Positions 34,601 through 47,522 of a DNA stretch of 64,000 bases are shown here, piece by piece; the first letter of the stretch is position 1, and every line of letters begins with the position of its first letter. The position numbers and the translations under genes are program-made. The notes beneath the pieces are model-generated. The model had not been told where the DNA came from. It made no database searches and saw nothing but the letters and a program-made list of their open reading frames with translations. Source of the DNA: Anthoceros angustus (Eukaryota > Plantae > Anthocerotophyta); NCBI GenBank assembly GCA_010909165.1, contig VJWM01000117.1:124001-188000 (forward strand), written 5' to 3'.

Positions 34601-37080
34601 TCCACAAGACAAGTTAACCAAGTACTCCTCAAGGTAAAGGATCGCTTGGAGATGTACCTCAAGGCGGACGTGATCTATCCTATAGTCAATACCGAATGGG
34701 TGGCTCCAATAGTGGTAGTACCTAAGAGGCGCCAGCAAAATCCGAGTTTGTCGGGATCGGAGAAGGTTGAATAAGGTCACCAAGAAGGATCACTTTCCGC
34801 TACCCTTCATCGATAATATATCCGGATCCGTCGCAGTGTAATGGCGATTCATTCCTAGACGGTACTGGGTATAATCACCGCACCTTAGGGAGAGCGATTG
34901 GCCTCGACCGCTTTTACAACCGACTGGGGACATATGCTTACAAGCGCAGCATTTGGGTTGACGGAGCACTGGGTCCTTCATGCGAGCCATCACAAAATTT
35001 TCAAGGACTTCCTCCGCGACTTTATGGAAGTTTTCCGACGACTTCTATGGGGTCACAAGGACCATCTGTCGCACCTCGGAAGTGCCTGGAGCGCTGTCGA
35101 GCCACGCAATTATGCTCGCATCCAAAAGTGCTACTTCGGCATGTCAGAGGGAATTCTGCTGGGGCATCGAATTTCAAGCCGAGGTATAGAAGTAGATCCG
35201 GACAAGGTAAAGGTCATCGCCACCCTTAGAGCACCAATAACGCTAAAGGAACTCCGCGGGTTCCCGGGATGGTCGGTATTATAGACGCTTGCTCCAAATT
35301 TCGCCAAGCGGGCGCCCCACTAACGAGCTTGTTAAGGAAGGATCGAGGGAATGGACGACGAACGGAGGAAGCATTTCGTGACTTACGCACCACACGCTAC
35401 AGCCCCACGCTAAAAGGACCGGATCGAGTAAGAAGTTCCACGCTGTTGATGTTTCAGATTTGCAATTGGGTCACCCCAGCTGCCGGATGAGAAGAAGAAG
35501 GATTTTCCGATCTACTATGCCGAGACAACTAACGGACGCGAACGAAAGTATACCACCACGGAGCGAATCGGGAATGGTTTACTCGGTCGAAATTCGACAC
35601 TACCTCCTCTCGTATGAATTTGTGTTCCATGTTGACCACTTTGCCTTGAAACACCTTGTGAATAAACGACCTTTCGGGACGCATAGCACTGGATCTTGCC
35701 GCTGTGAGTTTACCTTCACGGTGGAAACGAGAGAGGTAGGAAGCATATCAATGCCGACTTCATATCTCGATTGAAAACAGGAAGGTGGAAAGGACCAGAA
35801 GACGACTTTCCCGATGAGACACTCGCAGGAGTTGCAAACCAACGAGTGAAGCCTGGAAGGAGGAGCCAAGATCGATTGAGAAGGGAGGGTGGCTTCAAGA
35901 CCAACATATCGAGATATACGATTATCTTGGCACGGGCCAAATTCCTCCACATCTATCCAAGACATGATTCAGCGTCATTCCACTACTCCGCACCATCTAC
36001 ACGGCACAATATGAATTTATACCGAGTCATCCGGACGGTGGAGCGGGGTACGCATCAAGGTGAGCGAGTCCCGAGCTCTTTACACGAAGAAGAGGCGGAG
36101 GTCATTATGCCGCGCATGTCACATGCGGAAAATTTTGAGGTCCTATTGGTGGCCTACAATGTACAAGGATGCCAGGAGTTCGTGAAGCGGACGCCAAAGG
36201 GTCGGCAAGCCAACAAAGAACAACCCAATGGCCCCTTGTCCCCATACTTGCACCGCACCATTCGAGAAATGGGGAATCGATTTTGTCGGTCCTATCCACC
36301 CAAAACCAAGGCTCGCCAAAACCAATACATCCCGTGGCCAGACATCAGACGCGGATGGTAGAAGCAGCACCGCCGTAGATTCGCGCACGTCGCGCGATTC
36401 TGCTCGAGCAAATCATCACCGATATGGCTGCCACTGGAGCTGGTCGGATGAGGAACACATTTCACAATCGTAATCTCCAACATGACCAACCACTTCAACG
36501 CCGCACGTGAAGTCCACGCCTTATAACCCAAAAGCCAATGGGTACGGAAAAGGCAAATGGCTTGTTGTGCAAGATCCTAACCAAACTCACCGCTATGCGT
36601 ATGATCGATATGAACCGCATTCAAGACTGGGCGTCGGACATGGAAAGTGACAACGCAGAAACCCGTATTATCTTACTTACGGCATTCATCATGCCAATAG
36701 AATTCAAGTTCCCACCGAGAATACAGAACCAAGTCGAATGCCGGTGGAAAAGTCATTGGAAAGGTTGGTGGGTTTCAGACACACGGAGGACAGAGAACAA
36801 GCCTCCAAGTTATGCGGGATGTCCAAAGAAAGGAGGAAGGAGTGGCACGACAAGAGATTGAAGCGCCAAGAATACGTTGTTCCCGGGATCCGCTTTACTA
36901 TATGATAACCGATACATGCATTTTCCGTAAATTACATCTCGATGGATGGGGCCCTTCGTAGTTTCGTTTTCGACAACGGATCAATTCAACTCCAAGATTT
37001 TAGTGGCTCACCCTTGCCAACGCCAACGGTTGGCGGGTCAAGAAATATTACCAATAAGTTGGCGAGGACGCCAACAAATG
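31700..37080 (+). pseudogene. gag-pol polyprotein of the gypsy element, heavily frameshifted in this assembly
   Basis: gag 'KLEKLQRGKKETLQAYVERF' plus zinc knuckles; protease 'LDTGS'; RT 'VIYPIVNTEWVAPIVVVPK', 'KDHFPLPFID', 'EGILLGHRISSRGIEVDPDKV'; RNase H 'YLLSYEFVFHVDHFALKHLVNK'; integrase 'PFEKWGIDFVGPI'. Confidence 0.9.
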
Positions 37081-37091
37081 AGAAGGGAGTA

Positions 37092-40000
37092 TGTGGAAGA
37101 CCACATGTGCACTAACCCCTCCAAGTGTCGAAACGATTTTTTTGTTTTGTGTTAGAATAGCAGAGTGCTTTGAGAATCGTCTGAGTCGTCTTTTATACGG
37201 AATGGTCCTTGGCCCTTGGAGATAATAATAATTTTTCGACCCTTAGGTTTGACCCGAGGGGTGTAGAAATAGAGTCCTTGGGTATTGGGAATTTTAGAAT
37301 AAAAGGTGTCTATATATGCTAGGGATGCTCACAATATGCCAGGTGAGTAGTCAAGTGGGTGGTGGCTAGTTCCACCACGGTGGAGAAACGGACGCATGCA
37401 CTGTGGGAATTTACAACCCTAGTGGCGGAGGACTACTACCAGGGAGCGCAATCGGGAGAAGGGCACACCCAAGACCGAGGTCGCGACTTTCCGTGAGGAG
37501 GGGCGGAGGAGCAGAAGAGGGGCGCGCATAACGACGCCAGCCAAATCCGCTCACTGCAGGAGGAAGGCGCGACGACGGGGCGGGCGGAGAGAGAAATCGG
37601 GCGCAAGTTCGCGAGGAGGCGTGGAAGGAGCGCGCGAGGGCGGCTCGATTTTTTTTTCTCTTGACCGTGATCTGCAGGTAGTCGAGGTTTTGTTTTGGGA
37701 AACAACGAGAAGGAGATGGCGCCCGAGCGTCAAATCCACTCACGCAGGGCCCAACATGGACCATCGGAAAGTGAGAGCCGTGCGTGAGCTCAAGTTCATG
37801 GAGAAGAAATGGTGCTACGATACCTGCATTGGTGCAAGAGTGCGCCGCAATTAAGGACCAAGTCGCAAGAGGGTGACGCGAGGAAAAGGCCGCAGAATCG
37901 GGATTTGGCCTCTTCGAGCGTATGGGCGAGAAGCATCAAGGATGGGAGCTTGGTGATTGACCCCAAATAAAGAAGACCTTGAGAGCTGCAGCGGCCGCGC
38001 TCATGAAGCCTGGGGAAGTGAGAGTGAACAATGGCTGGGTGACTCGCCAACTCGTGTCTGCGCACTGGTGGGATTGGCCAAATGGATTTTGTGTTTCCTA
38101 CAGAACCGGAAGGATCATATGGCGGATCACTTCTTGGTTTTTCTTCACGAGGTGGTCAAGGGTACACAAATTGATTGGGGAAGGATGATTTTCGAAAGAG
38201 CCTGAGGAGAAGGCGAATTTACTCTTCCCTCGGCCCTCCTTGATTTCGCCTTTTCCGATTCATGTATTTGCATTCGGTGTTTAACGGAGTTGAAGTCGGT
38301 CCGCCCGCATGGTTGGAAGCCGGAACTCAAGGTAGAAGAGGAGGAATTGAAGGAGGATTCGCAAGGATTCCAGCTTGGGAGCCTCGGAAGGTTCTAAGAG
38401 GGTGGGAAGTTTCCAAGGGTAAGAAGCGAAGGCGAACGGCCGAACGGGATCGGAAAAGGGGAGGACACAGCAGAGGAGGAACCCAGCCACACCTGTGGTC
38501 ACCAGTCAAGAGCAGGAACGCGGTAAAGGAGGAGAAAATAAAAGGGAAATGGCAAGTTGCTCCCTCCAGTGGATGAACGCCGCTAGGGAGAATGAAGCGG
38601 GGAAGAGGCAAGGACCAACCCCTAGGAGAGGAGGGGTTAACTTCAGCCGAGACCGCAACGAGCTCCGGACATTTTTGGCGACATTTCACCGAACCGTCCT
38701 ACCGAGGTGGGGATAGGAGACACCGTGACAGAATTGTTGTGGAGGCGGATGGGCAAGGGACAGCCCAATTTGGGGATTTGCAGGTTTGACTTCGCCATGG
38801 CACGACAAGAGATTGAAGCGAAGAATACGTTGTTCCGGGATCCGCTTTACTATATGATAACCGATACATGCATTTTCCGTAAATTACATCTCGATGGATG
38901 GGGCCCTTGAGTTTAAGTTTTCGACAACGGATCAATTCAACTCAAGATTTTAGTGGCTCACCCTTGCCAACGCCAACGGCGGGTCAAGAAATATTATTAA
39001 TAAGTTGGCGAGGACGCCAACAAATGAGAAGGGAGTATGTGGAAGACCACATGTGCACTAACCCCGCCTCAAGTGTCAGTGAACGATTTTTTTGTTTTGG
39101 ATGTGTTAGAATAGCAGTGCTTTGAGAATCGTCTGAGTCGTCTTTTATACGGAATGGTCCTTGGCCCTTGGAGATAATAATAATTTTTCGACCCTTAGGT
39201 TTGACCCCAGGGGTAGAAATAGAGTCCTTGGGTATTGGGAATTTTAGAATAAAAGGTGTCTATATATGCTAGGGATGCTCACAATGCCACTGAGTAGTCA
39301 AGTGGGTGGTGGCTAGTTCCACCACGGTGGCCGAGAAACGGACGCATGCACTGTGGGAATTTACAACCCTAGTGGCGGAGCGGGACTACCACGGAGCAAT
39401 CGGGAGAAGGGCACACCCAAAGATCATGAGGTCGCGACTTTCCGTGAGGGGCGAGCGGAGCCGCAGAAGAGGGGCGCGGCATAACGACGCCAGCCAAATT
39501 GCCTCATTGCAGGAGGAAGGCGCGACGATCGTGACAGCGCGCGGCGGAGGAGAGAAATCGGGCGCCGCAAGTTCGCGAGGACGTGGAAGGAGCGCGAGGG
39601 CGGCTCGATTTTTTTTCTCTTCCGACTAATGTGGTAGTCGAGGTTTTGTTTTGGGAAACAACGAGAAGGAGATGGCGCCGAGCCGCGCCGAAATCTCACT
39701 CACGCAGGGCCCAACATGGACCATCGGAAAGTGAGAGCCGGCACCGTGCGTGAGCCGGGTCAAGTTCATGGAGAAGAAATGGTGCTACGATGGGTGCAGC
39801 AAGAGTGCGCCCGGCAATTAAGGACCAAGTCGCAAGAGGGTGACGCGAGGAAAAGGCCGCAGAATCGGGATTTGGCCTCTTCGAGCGTATGGGCGAGAAG
39901 CATCAAGGATGGGAGCTTGGTGATTGACCCCGAAGAAGACCTTGAAAGCCGCAGCCGCGCCATGAAGCCTCGGGAAGTGAGAGTGAACAATGGGTGACTC

Positions 40001-43000
40001 GCCAACTCGGTTCTACAGTTGGGATTGGCCAAATGGATTTTGTGTTTCCGTAACCGGAAGTCGGATCATATGGCGGATCACTTGGTTTTTCTTCACGAGG
40101 TGGTCAAGGGTACACAAATTGATTGGGGAGGATGATTTTCGAAAGAGCCTGTGAGGAGAAGGCGAATTTACTCTCTTCCCTCGGCCCTCCTTGATTTCGC
40201 CTTTTCCGATTCATGTATGATTCCGGTGTTTAACGGAGTTGAAGTCGGTCCGCCCGCATGGTTGGAAGCCGTGAACTCAAGGTAGAAGAGGAGGAATTGA
40301 AGGAGGATTCGCAAGGATTCCAAAGAAGCTTGGGTGCGCTCGAAGGTTAAGAGGGTGGGAAGTTTCCAAGGGTAAGAAGGGCGCACAACGAACGGGGTCA
40401 AAAAAGGGGAGGACAGAGCAGAGGAGGAACCCACACACACCTGTGGTCACCAGTCAAGACATAGAACGCGGGTAAAGGAGGAGAAAGTAAAGGGAAATGG
40501 CAAGTTGCTCCCTCCGTGGGGATGAATCGCCGCTAGGGAGAATGAAGCGGGGAAGAGGCAAGGCACCAACCCCTAGGAGAGGAGGGGTTAACTTCACGCG
40601 AGACCGCAACGAGCTCCGGACATTTTTGGCGACATTTCACCGAACCGTCCTACCGAGGTGGGGATAGGAGACACCGTGACAGAATTGTTGTGGAGGCGGA
40701 TGGGCAAGGGACAGCCCAATTTGGGGATTTGCAGGTTTGACTTCGCCATGGCACGACGCAGCGGATCTCCTCGATCAAGCCCATGGCTCTCACTGGCCGA
40801 GTGTGCAAGGCCAACAGGAGAAGTTGCTCAAGGAGAAGTTGGAAAGCCCGAAGGCGAGAGCAAGGCCGAGGAGCGCAGACGGAGTGCGCTCGGAAGGTTC
40901 GGAAGAGGGTGGGGTTTCCAAGGGTAAGAAGCGAAGGCGCAACGGTCGAGCGATCGGCGAAAAGGGAGGGCAGCCAGCAGAGGAGGAACCCACACACCTG
41001 TGGTCACCAGTCGAAGGCAGCGAGGCAGCGGGTAAAGGAGGAAAATAAAGGGAAATGGCAAGTTGCTCCCTCCCAGTGGGATGAATCGCCGCTAGGGAGA
41101 ATGAAGCGGGGAAGAGGCAAGACCAACCCCTAGAGAGGAGGGGTTAACTTCAGCCGAGACCGCAACGAGCTCCGGACATTTTTGGCGACATTTCACCGAA
41201 CCTGAGGTGGGGATAGGAGACACCGCCTAGAATTGTTGTGGAGGCGGATGGGCAAGGGACAGCCCAATTTGGGGATTTGAGGTTTGACTTCGCCATGGCA
41301 CGACGCAGCGGATCTCCTCGATCAAGCGCCCATGGCTCTCACTTGGCGAGTGTGCAAGGCCAAGGAGAAGTTGCTCAAGGAGAAGTTGGAAAGCCCGAAG
41401 GCGAGAGCAAGGCCGAGGAGCGCAGACGGAGCTGGCGGCCTTATGCAAGGCAGGGAGCGGATACATGTCCACTCGCAGAGCTTTAGTAAATCAGTCAAGG
41501 CGATGCTACAATTGAAGAGCTTCAAGATGAGGTCTCGCGAGTCCAGAGTGTGTGGCGGCGCCTTGGAGAAATTCAAGAAGTCGGAGAGGTACAAGCGGAA
41601 AGAGACGGCTAGGGCCGAGTCAAGAGAGAGGTGGCCAAACCAAGAAAGGCCGAGCAATGCCCACCGCAGAGCCAAGCAACCACCGTGGGAACCACCACGG
41701 TGGCTAAACCAGCCACCGCCGTGGAACGGGAACCGAGGTGGGGAAGTCACCGCGGGAGTGTCGCAGATGGAGGATGATCTCCGGAGAATCAACAGCACCG
41801 CCTGTGATTGTCCACGGAGGAGAGGGTAAGGACCGATCGAAGGGCATTGTGCTACGGGCCCGGATGAGGATGCTCATGTCCTCACCGCATGGTGAGCGTG
41901 CTCACTCTAAACGTGTATGTGGTTGTTGGGAGGGGGGCGTAAACCATCGGTCAGACATCTTGACCGCCACAGCGCTACTGGTTCCTTCGAGTAGGAGCGG
42001 GCGCCTATCCTCCGCAAGTGGTGCCGGAAGAGATGAGCGAGGCGCAGCCGAGCATGGAGGGAGGAGCACACGTATGGTTGTCCAAATGAGGAGGAGCGGG
42101 ACAATGGACATAGAGGTCACAGCGCAAGAACGCCCGCGGAAGGCGCGAGGGAAACTCAAAGTGAGAGTGAGGTGGAGGTTGTGGGGAAAATCGCTCGGAT
42201 CGAGGCGAGGCCAAGAGCGAGAGGGGTCCCCATGGGCCGAGGCGAGGCAAAGAATCGCGAGGCAGCGCTGATTTTAGGGGAGAATGAAGCGGGGAAGAGG
42301 GCATCAACCCCTAGGAGAGGAGGGGTTAACTTCAAGAGCAACGGAGCTCCGGACATTTTTGGCGACATTTCACCGAACCGTCCTACCGAGGTGGGGATAG
42401 GAGACACCGTGACACGAATTGTTGTGGAGGCGGATGGGCAAAGGGACAGCCCAATTTGGGATTTGGTGGTTTGACTTGGCCATGGCACGCAGCGGATCTC
42501 CTCGATCAAGCCCATGGCTCTCACTGGCCGAGTGTGCAAGGCCAACAGGAGAAGTTGCTCAAGGAGAAGTTGGAAAGCCCGAAGGCGAGCAAGGCGGCCG
42601 AGGAGCGCAGACGGAGTGCGGCCTTATGCAAGGCACAGGAGCGCTTAAGGGACATGTCCACTCGCAGAGCTTTAGTAAATCAGTCAAGGGGCGATGCTAC
42701 AATTGAAGAGCTTCAAGATGAGGTCTCGCGAGTCCGTGGAGCAGGTGGAAGCGATGGCGCCTTGGAGAAATTCAAGAAGTCATGAGAGGTACAAGCGGAA
42801 AGAGACGGGCCGTAGTCAAGAGAGAGGTGGCCAAACCAAGAAAGGCCGAGCCCACCGCAGAGCCAAGCAACCACCGGGAAGTAACCACCACGGTGGCTAA
42901 ACCAGCCACCGCCGTGGAACGGGAACCGAGGTGGGGAAGTCACCGAGGAGTGTCGCAGATGGAGGATGATCTCCGGAGAATCAAGCAGCCTGTGGATTGT

Positions 43001-44427
43001 CCACGGAGGAGAGGGTAAGGACCTCAGATCGGGCGACAGTTACGGCCCGGATGAGGATGCCTGCTTCATGGTGAGCGTGCTCACTCTAAACGTGTATGTG
43101 GTTGTTGGGACAGGGGGCGTAAACCACCGGGTCAGACATCTTGACCGCCAGCGCTAAGGGTTCCTTCGAGTAGGAGCGGGCGCCTATCCTCCGCAAGTGG
43201 TGCCGGAAGAGATGAGCGAGGCGCAGCCGAGCATGGAGGGAGGAGCACACGTATGGTTGTCCAAATGAGGAGGAGCGGGACAATGGACATAGAGGTCACA
43301 GCGCAAGAACGCCCGCGGAAGGCGCGAGGGAAACTCAAAGTGAGAGTGAGGTGGAGGTTGTGGGGAAAATCGCTCGGATCGAGGCGAGGCCAAGAGCGAG
43401 AGGGGTCCCCATGGGCCGAGGCGAGGCAAAGAATCGCGAGGCAGCGCTGATTTTAGGGGAGTCGCGATAGCCTAGGACCGGGTTTCCTTTTCGAGGGATA
43501 GGGAGTTCCATCACCAGAGTCATGTTGCTTAGATTGGTAAGGCGCCGTGGTAGGAGCTACAATTTTAGACACTAAAGAGAAGTGAGTGTGTTGGACCAGA
43601 TGTATAAGAGACCCTTTGGGTGTCTCTCAAAGACGATTTCGTGTGAACTTCCGTATCGAACCTTCGTGGGGTTGATTGGAGACGTCGTCAAGATCAAACG
43701 GAGGCACCGCCTTCGTCACAAGAAGGCCGGAAGATCTCGGATGGTCGAGAGCGGAGTGGCCAAGCTCCACTGTGGGGAAGGCGCACGAAAAGAGGTAGGA
43801 ATTGCCGCGAAGGCCGAGGCGGAATCCGGGAAGGCGAATCGCCCAAGCACCGACCGGGTTTTCTTCCGATCCTCTTTCCAACCGCCGCCACTGTGTGTTC
43901 ATTCCATGAGAGGGGTCCGTGTGGCCCAAGGAGGGGTCTGTGGCCCAAGGAGGTCTGTGTGGCCCAAGGAGGTCTGTGTGGCCCGTGAGACGAGGGAGAG
44001 TTCATTGGAAGGGAAAGGTTCTAAAGGGTAGATGAGTGCTACTGGGAGGGATTGTGAGAGTGTGTGAGGGAAAATCGAAATGCGAGGGAGGAGGAAGCGT
44101 GGTGGAATCGCAAATTCCAAGTGAGGCGTATATAGGTGTCCGATGCCCATAGCCCCTAGGTCCGTAAGGGTGATTTAATAGACTCGCGAAGGCGGCGCAT
44201 TGCAGGGGACCCGCCACGTGGCGAACCGCCACCGGTGGCCGAGTCTACCACGGTGGGTTTGGGCAGGTAGGAGAAGGTGGGGTAGTGAGCGACGGTAGGT
44301 CTAGAATCCATAGATTTAGCACACCTTGACACAACACCATTCCCTTGGGATCGAATCCTAGGACTATAACGACATAGAGGGTAAATGTGGCCTCTTTGCG
44401 TCTTCGGATGCAAAAACCCATTCCACA
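37092..44427 (+). repeat. 3' LTR region expanded by tandem duplications (partial LTR 37092-38805, duplicated internal end + PPT 38805-39037, LTR 39038-44427)
   Basis: PPT + tgtggaagaccacatgtgc occurs at 37092 and 39038, with further duplications joined at ~40890 and ~42278. Confidence 0.88.
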
Positions 44428-44432
44428 AAGGC

Positions 44433-46170
44433 TCATAAGGATCTTGTTTGGTATCATTCTGTTTCCTCCTCCTTACTAATTGGCTTGCAAACTGATTTCC
44501 AGCGTTCCATGATTCTGCAGTTTGGGAATGGGAATGTCATATCCATGGATGCCACGTTCGGGACCAACAAATACAAGTTTCACCTCTACACACTTTTGGT
44601 GTTTGATAGTTACTGTAACGGAGTGCCTGTTGCTTGAATTGTTACAGATAGTGGGACGGCAGTAGATATTCAGTCTTGGTTGCAAGCTTTCAAGGACTAT
44701 ATTGGTAGGCACTGCCCGGATTGGCAACCAAGTGCCTTTCTGATACACAATGCACCTGCAGAAATTGCAGCCATTCACAATGTATGGGGCGTGACAATTC
44801 CAGTGTTGTTATGCTTGTAGCAAGATAGAAAGTGCTGGTTACGACATTTGTTGTTCAAGGTCCGGAACTAGGAATTTCAGGTTGCAATCTTCCAGCACCT
44901 TGGTCACATTATGTACCTATCTCGGCGGTGGCAAACTGAAGATGAAGCCCACAAAATGCTACAACAAGTCTATGTAGATTTTGGAGATAGCGCTCCAAGT
45001 TTCATTGAGTATTTCAAGAAATAATGGCACAGTGTGCTTCCCTTATGGTTAAAGGGTATCAGAACTATGAGGCACGCAGGCCAAGATTGTAACTCTGCTA
45101 TCAAAGCCTGGCATGGATTTTTGAAGTCTCTGTTGTGCCATGATTTTGTTAGGCTATGAGAAAGACGGTCAGATTGATTGCTCCACACTCTCGTGAGAAA
45201 CAATGGCAGCAGGCTTCCCTTATGGTTAAAGGGTATCGAACTATGAGGCACGCAGCCAAGATTGTAACTCGCTATCAAAGCCCGGCATGGATTTTGAAGT
45301 CTCTGTGCCATGATTTTGTTAGGCTGAGGAAGATTGGATTGATTGCTCCACACTCTCGTGGAAACAAAAGCAAAATCTAATGGTATAAGCATTTCACAAA
45401 GGAGCATGGATTCAAGTACAATGCAAGGGAAGCAGCAATCGTGGACAATGCAATCTTGCGTTCCCAATCCATTCCCGACTCAGCTGTCACATTACCAACC
45501 ACAATTGATGGACCATCTTTTGTGAGGAGTTGCATTGATCGGAAGTTGATCTATACCATCTTCACTATAAGTGCAGATCGGACTTGTTGTAATTGTTCCA
45601 GAAGCACTCAAGGTCTCTTTTGCAAGCACTAAGCTAAGATATTACACCTCAAAGGGGAACTGGTATCTACACCTGAGCTAGTTACAACTATGGCTAAAAG
45701 AGGATATGTCCATGTCTCTCCGCATTCTATTGGACCAGTACATATGCCTTGTGAACAGGCGGTGCACGAGGAGGCAGACACGCTTATTTTCACAACTCAG
45801 GAAGACACTGAATCATTGCCAATAGCGCTACCATTTGGCAACGTAAAGCCATAAGTGAAGGCCGTTGCTTCATACCAGAGCTTGGAAAATATATGGAAAG
45901 AAGTGTGGGGAATGGTGCATGCTGATGCTTCCTTGCTCCAACATACTCATGCAACGACTTCTATGTTGCTTCTCCAAGTTAAGCGATTGCGTGCACAAAA
46001 TGTGCCAATGGTGTAGATGTCCACATTTCAAGGCCATTTACTCAAATTGGACAATGGCTTTGGAGATTCTCACGAAGAGGAAAAAACTATTATGGAGATG
46101 ACTACTTGGAAGCGTGCAACCCGCTAGCAGAAGCCAAAGATGCTAGAGGTGTTGCACCAAGGTGCTGAAA
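44433..46170 (+). pseudogene. 3' part of the MULE-A transposase (DDE region + SWIM); 5' part at ~25970-26633
   Basis: 'ISMDATFGTNKYKFHLYTLLVFDSYCNGVPVA', 'PAEIAAIHNVWG...LLCL', 'YFKK.W', SWIM 'CCNCSRSTQGLFCKH'. In-frame stops are present. Confidence 0.8.
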
Positions 46171-47045
46171 GTAGTTATCTTGAAGAGAGGGGAGGATGAG
46201 ATTTGTGGCTATTTCATGCCTTACTTGGCTATAATTTTTGTAAGATAGGTCATCGGAAAGCTTGTTTTAAACTCATCATGTTCAGCGAACTTGGATATTG
46301 AGGTTTGTCAGAATTGCCCGATGAACAATTTGTGCTCTCTGAATTTCAAACTCTGAGTACGTGTTCCACATATGTTTACACGGAATGAGCTATAGCTTCA
46401 ATTTGATTGCCCTGTATTACATTTTGGTTGTGTTTAGCATAAGTTCTGAACGAAAATGAGCATCTTTGGTACCAGGCCTCAACCCCGAATGCTCTATGTT
46501 TTTGGCTTTGAAAAATAGCTCATCCTGTCGCCCTTTAGACACGTTTCAATTTAATTACCCTGTACCAAAATTCGGTTATGTCCAGCAGAAGATATGTATG
46601 ACAACGTGCATCTCGTATACCAGGCCTCACTCTCGCGTGCTCTACATCTTTGGGTTCTTTGCCACTCACACGGGATGCGTCCTCGTTCTCATATGTGTGC
46701 ATGATGTGCCGAATGGCTATCCCGTTCTCATGTATGTGCCCATGTGTTCGCAACGGTCACGTATGTTTCCATGTCTTTACATGGTGCACTCACCCGGCTC
46801 CCGGCTCGCGCTCCCGATCGCAAGTCACGGATGAGAGAGAAAGATGGTAGGCCCCACCACATCAAGGCAACCAAGCATTAAACCCCAGGCAATTTTAGTG
46901 GCGAGGATCTTCGAGTGTAAAGATCGGGCATGCACCTCGCTTGTCCAGGATGGGACAAACGGCGATGCCGCCATGGCAGTGAAGAAATGGGTTGAGGCGA
47001 GAAAGACAACTAAAACTAAGCATTCTTTTGGGACCGAGTCCAAAT

Positions 47046-47522
47046 AGAAGAAGAAGAAAAAGAATTCTATTTAAGTTCACTTAGGACGGATTTCTGCCAT
47101 GGGACTTGGTACTTAACAACTTGTACCATGGTGAGACTAAGCTACTTGCACCAAGGGCATCCACTCCCTTTAGGCACCCCATCTAAGTCTGGATCTAAGC
47201 GCGGGATGCTTAACCACAGTTCTTATAAATCTTAAAGGGACCCCATCTATGCAAGATCTAAGCGCACTATGCTTAATCACGACGTTCTTATAAATGTGTG
47301 TCCATTTGGCCTAAGAAGAAGAAGAAGAAGAAGAATTTTATTTGAGTCCACTAAGGACGGATTTCCGTCATGGGACTTGGTACTTGACAACTTGTACCAT
47401 GGTGTGCTTAAGCTACTTGCACCAAGGGCATCCATTCCCTTTAGGCACCCCATCTAAGTACCGATCCAAGCACAAGATGTTTAATAACGACGTTCTCATA
47501 AATGTGTGTCCATTTGGCCTAA
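47046..47522 (-). mobile_element. Two head-to-tail copies of the ~210 bp (TTC)n-tailed element
   Basis: Units 47046-47314 (with an internal ~60 bp duplication) and 47315-47522; homologous to 1668-1976. Confidence 0.8.

Larger units (their letters stand above)
26634..44427 (+). mobile_element. Ty3/gypsy LTR retrotransposon, non-chromovirus (Athila-like), with TSD AAGGC
   Basis: Starts TGTGGAA (26634) and ends TTCCACA (44427), with AAGGC on both sides (26629-26633, 44428-44432). PBS-like TGGCGC at 31174, PPT gagaagggagta before 37092, domain order gag-PR-RT-RH-INT. Confidence 0.92.

Noticed and set aside
31700-37080. Programmed frameshifting or RNA-editing rescue of the many frameshifts in the TE and PPR ORFs
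   Set aside because: Indels are dense, scattered and differ between otherwise identical duplicate copies, the pattern expected of consensus error or decay.
47046-47522. Retrozyme (hammerhead ribozyme) interpretation of the tandem ~210 bp units
   Set aside because: I found no CTGANGA...GAAA core with flanking stems by eye on either strand. Other ribozyme classes were not excluded.
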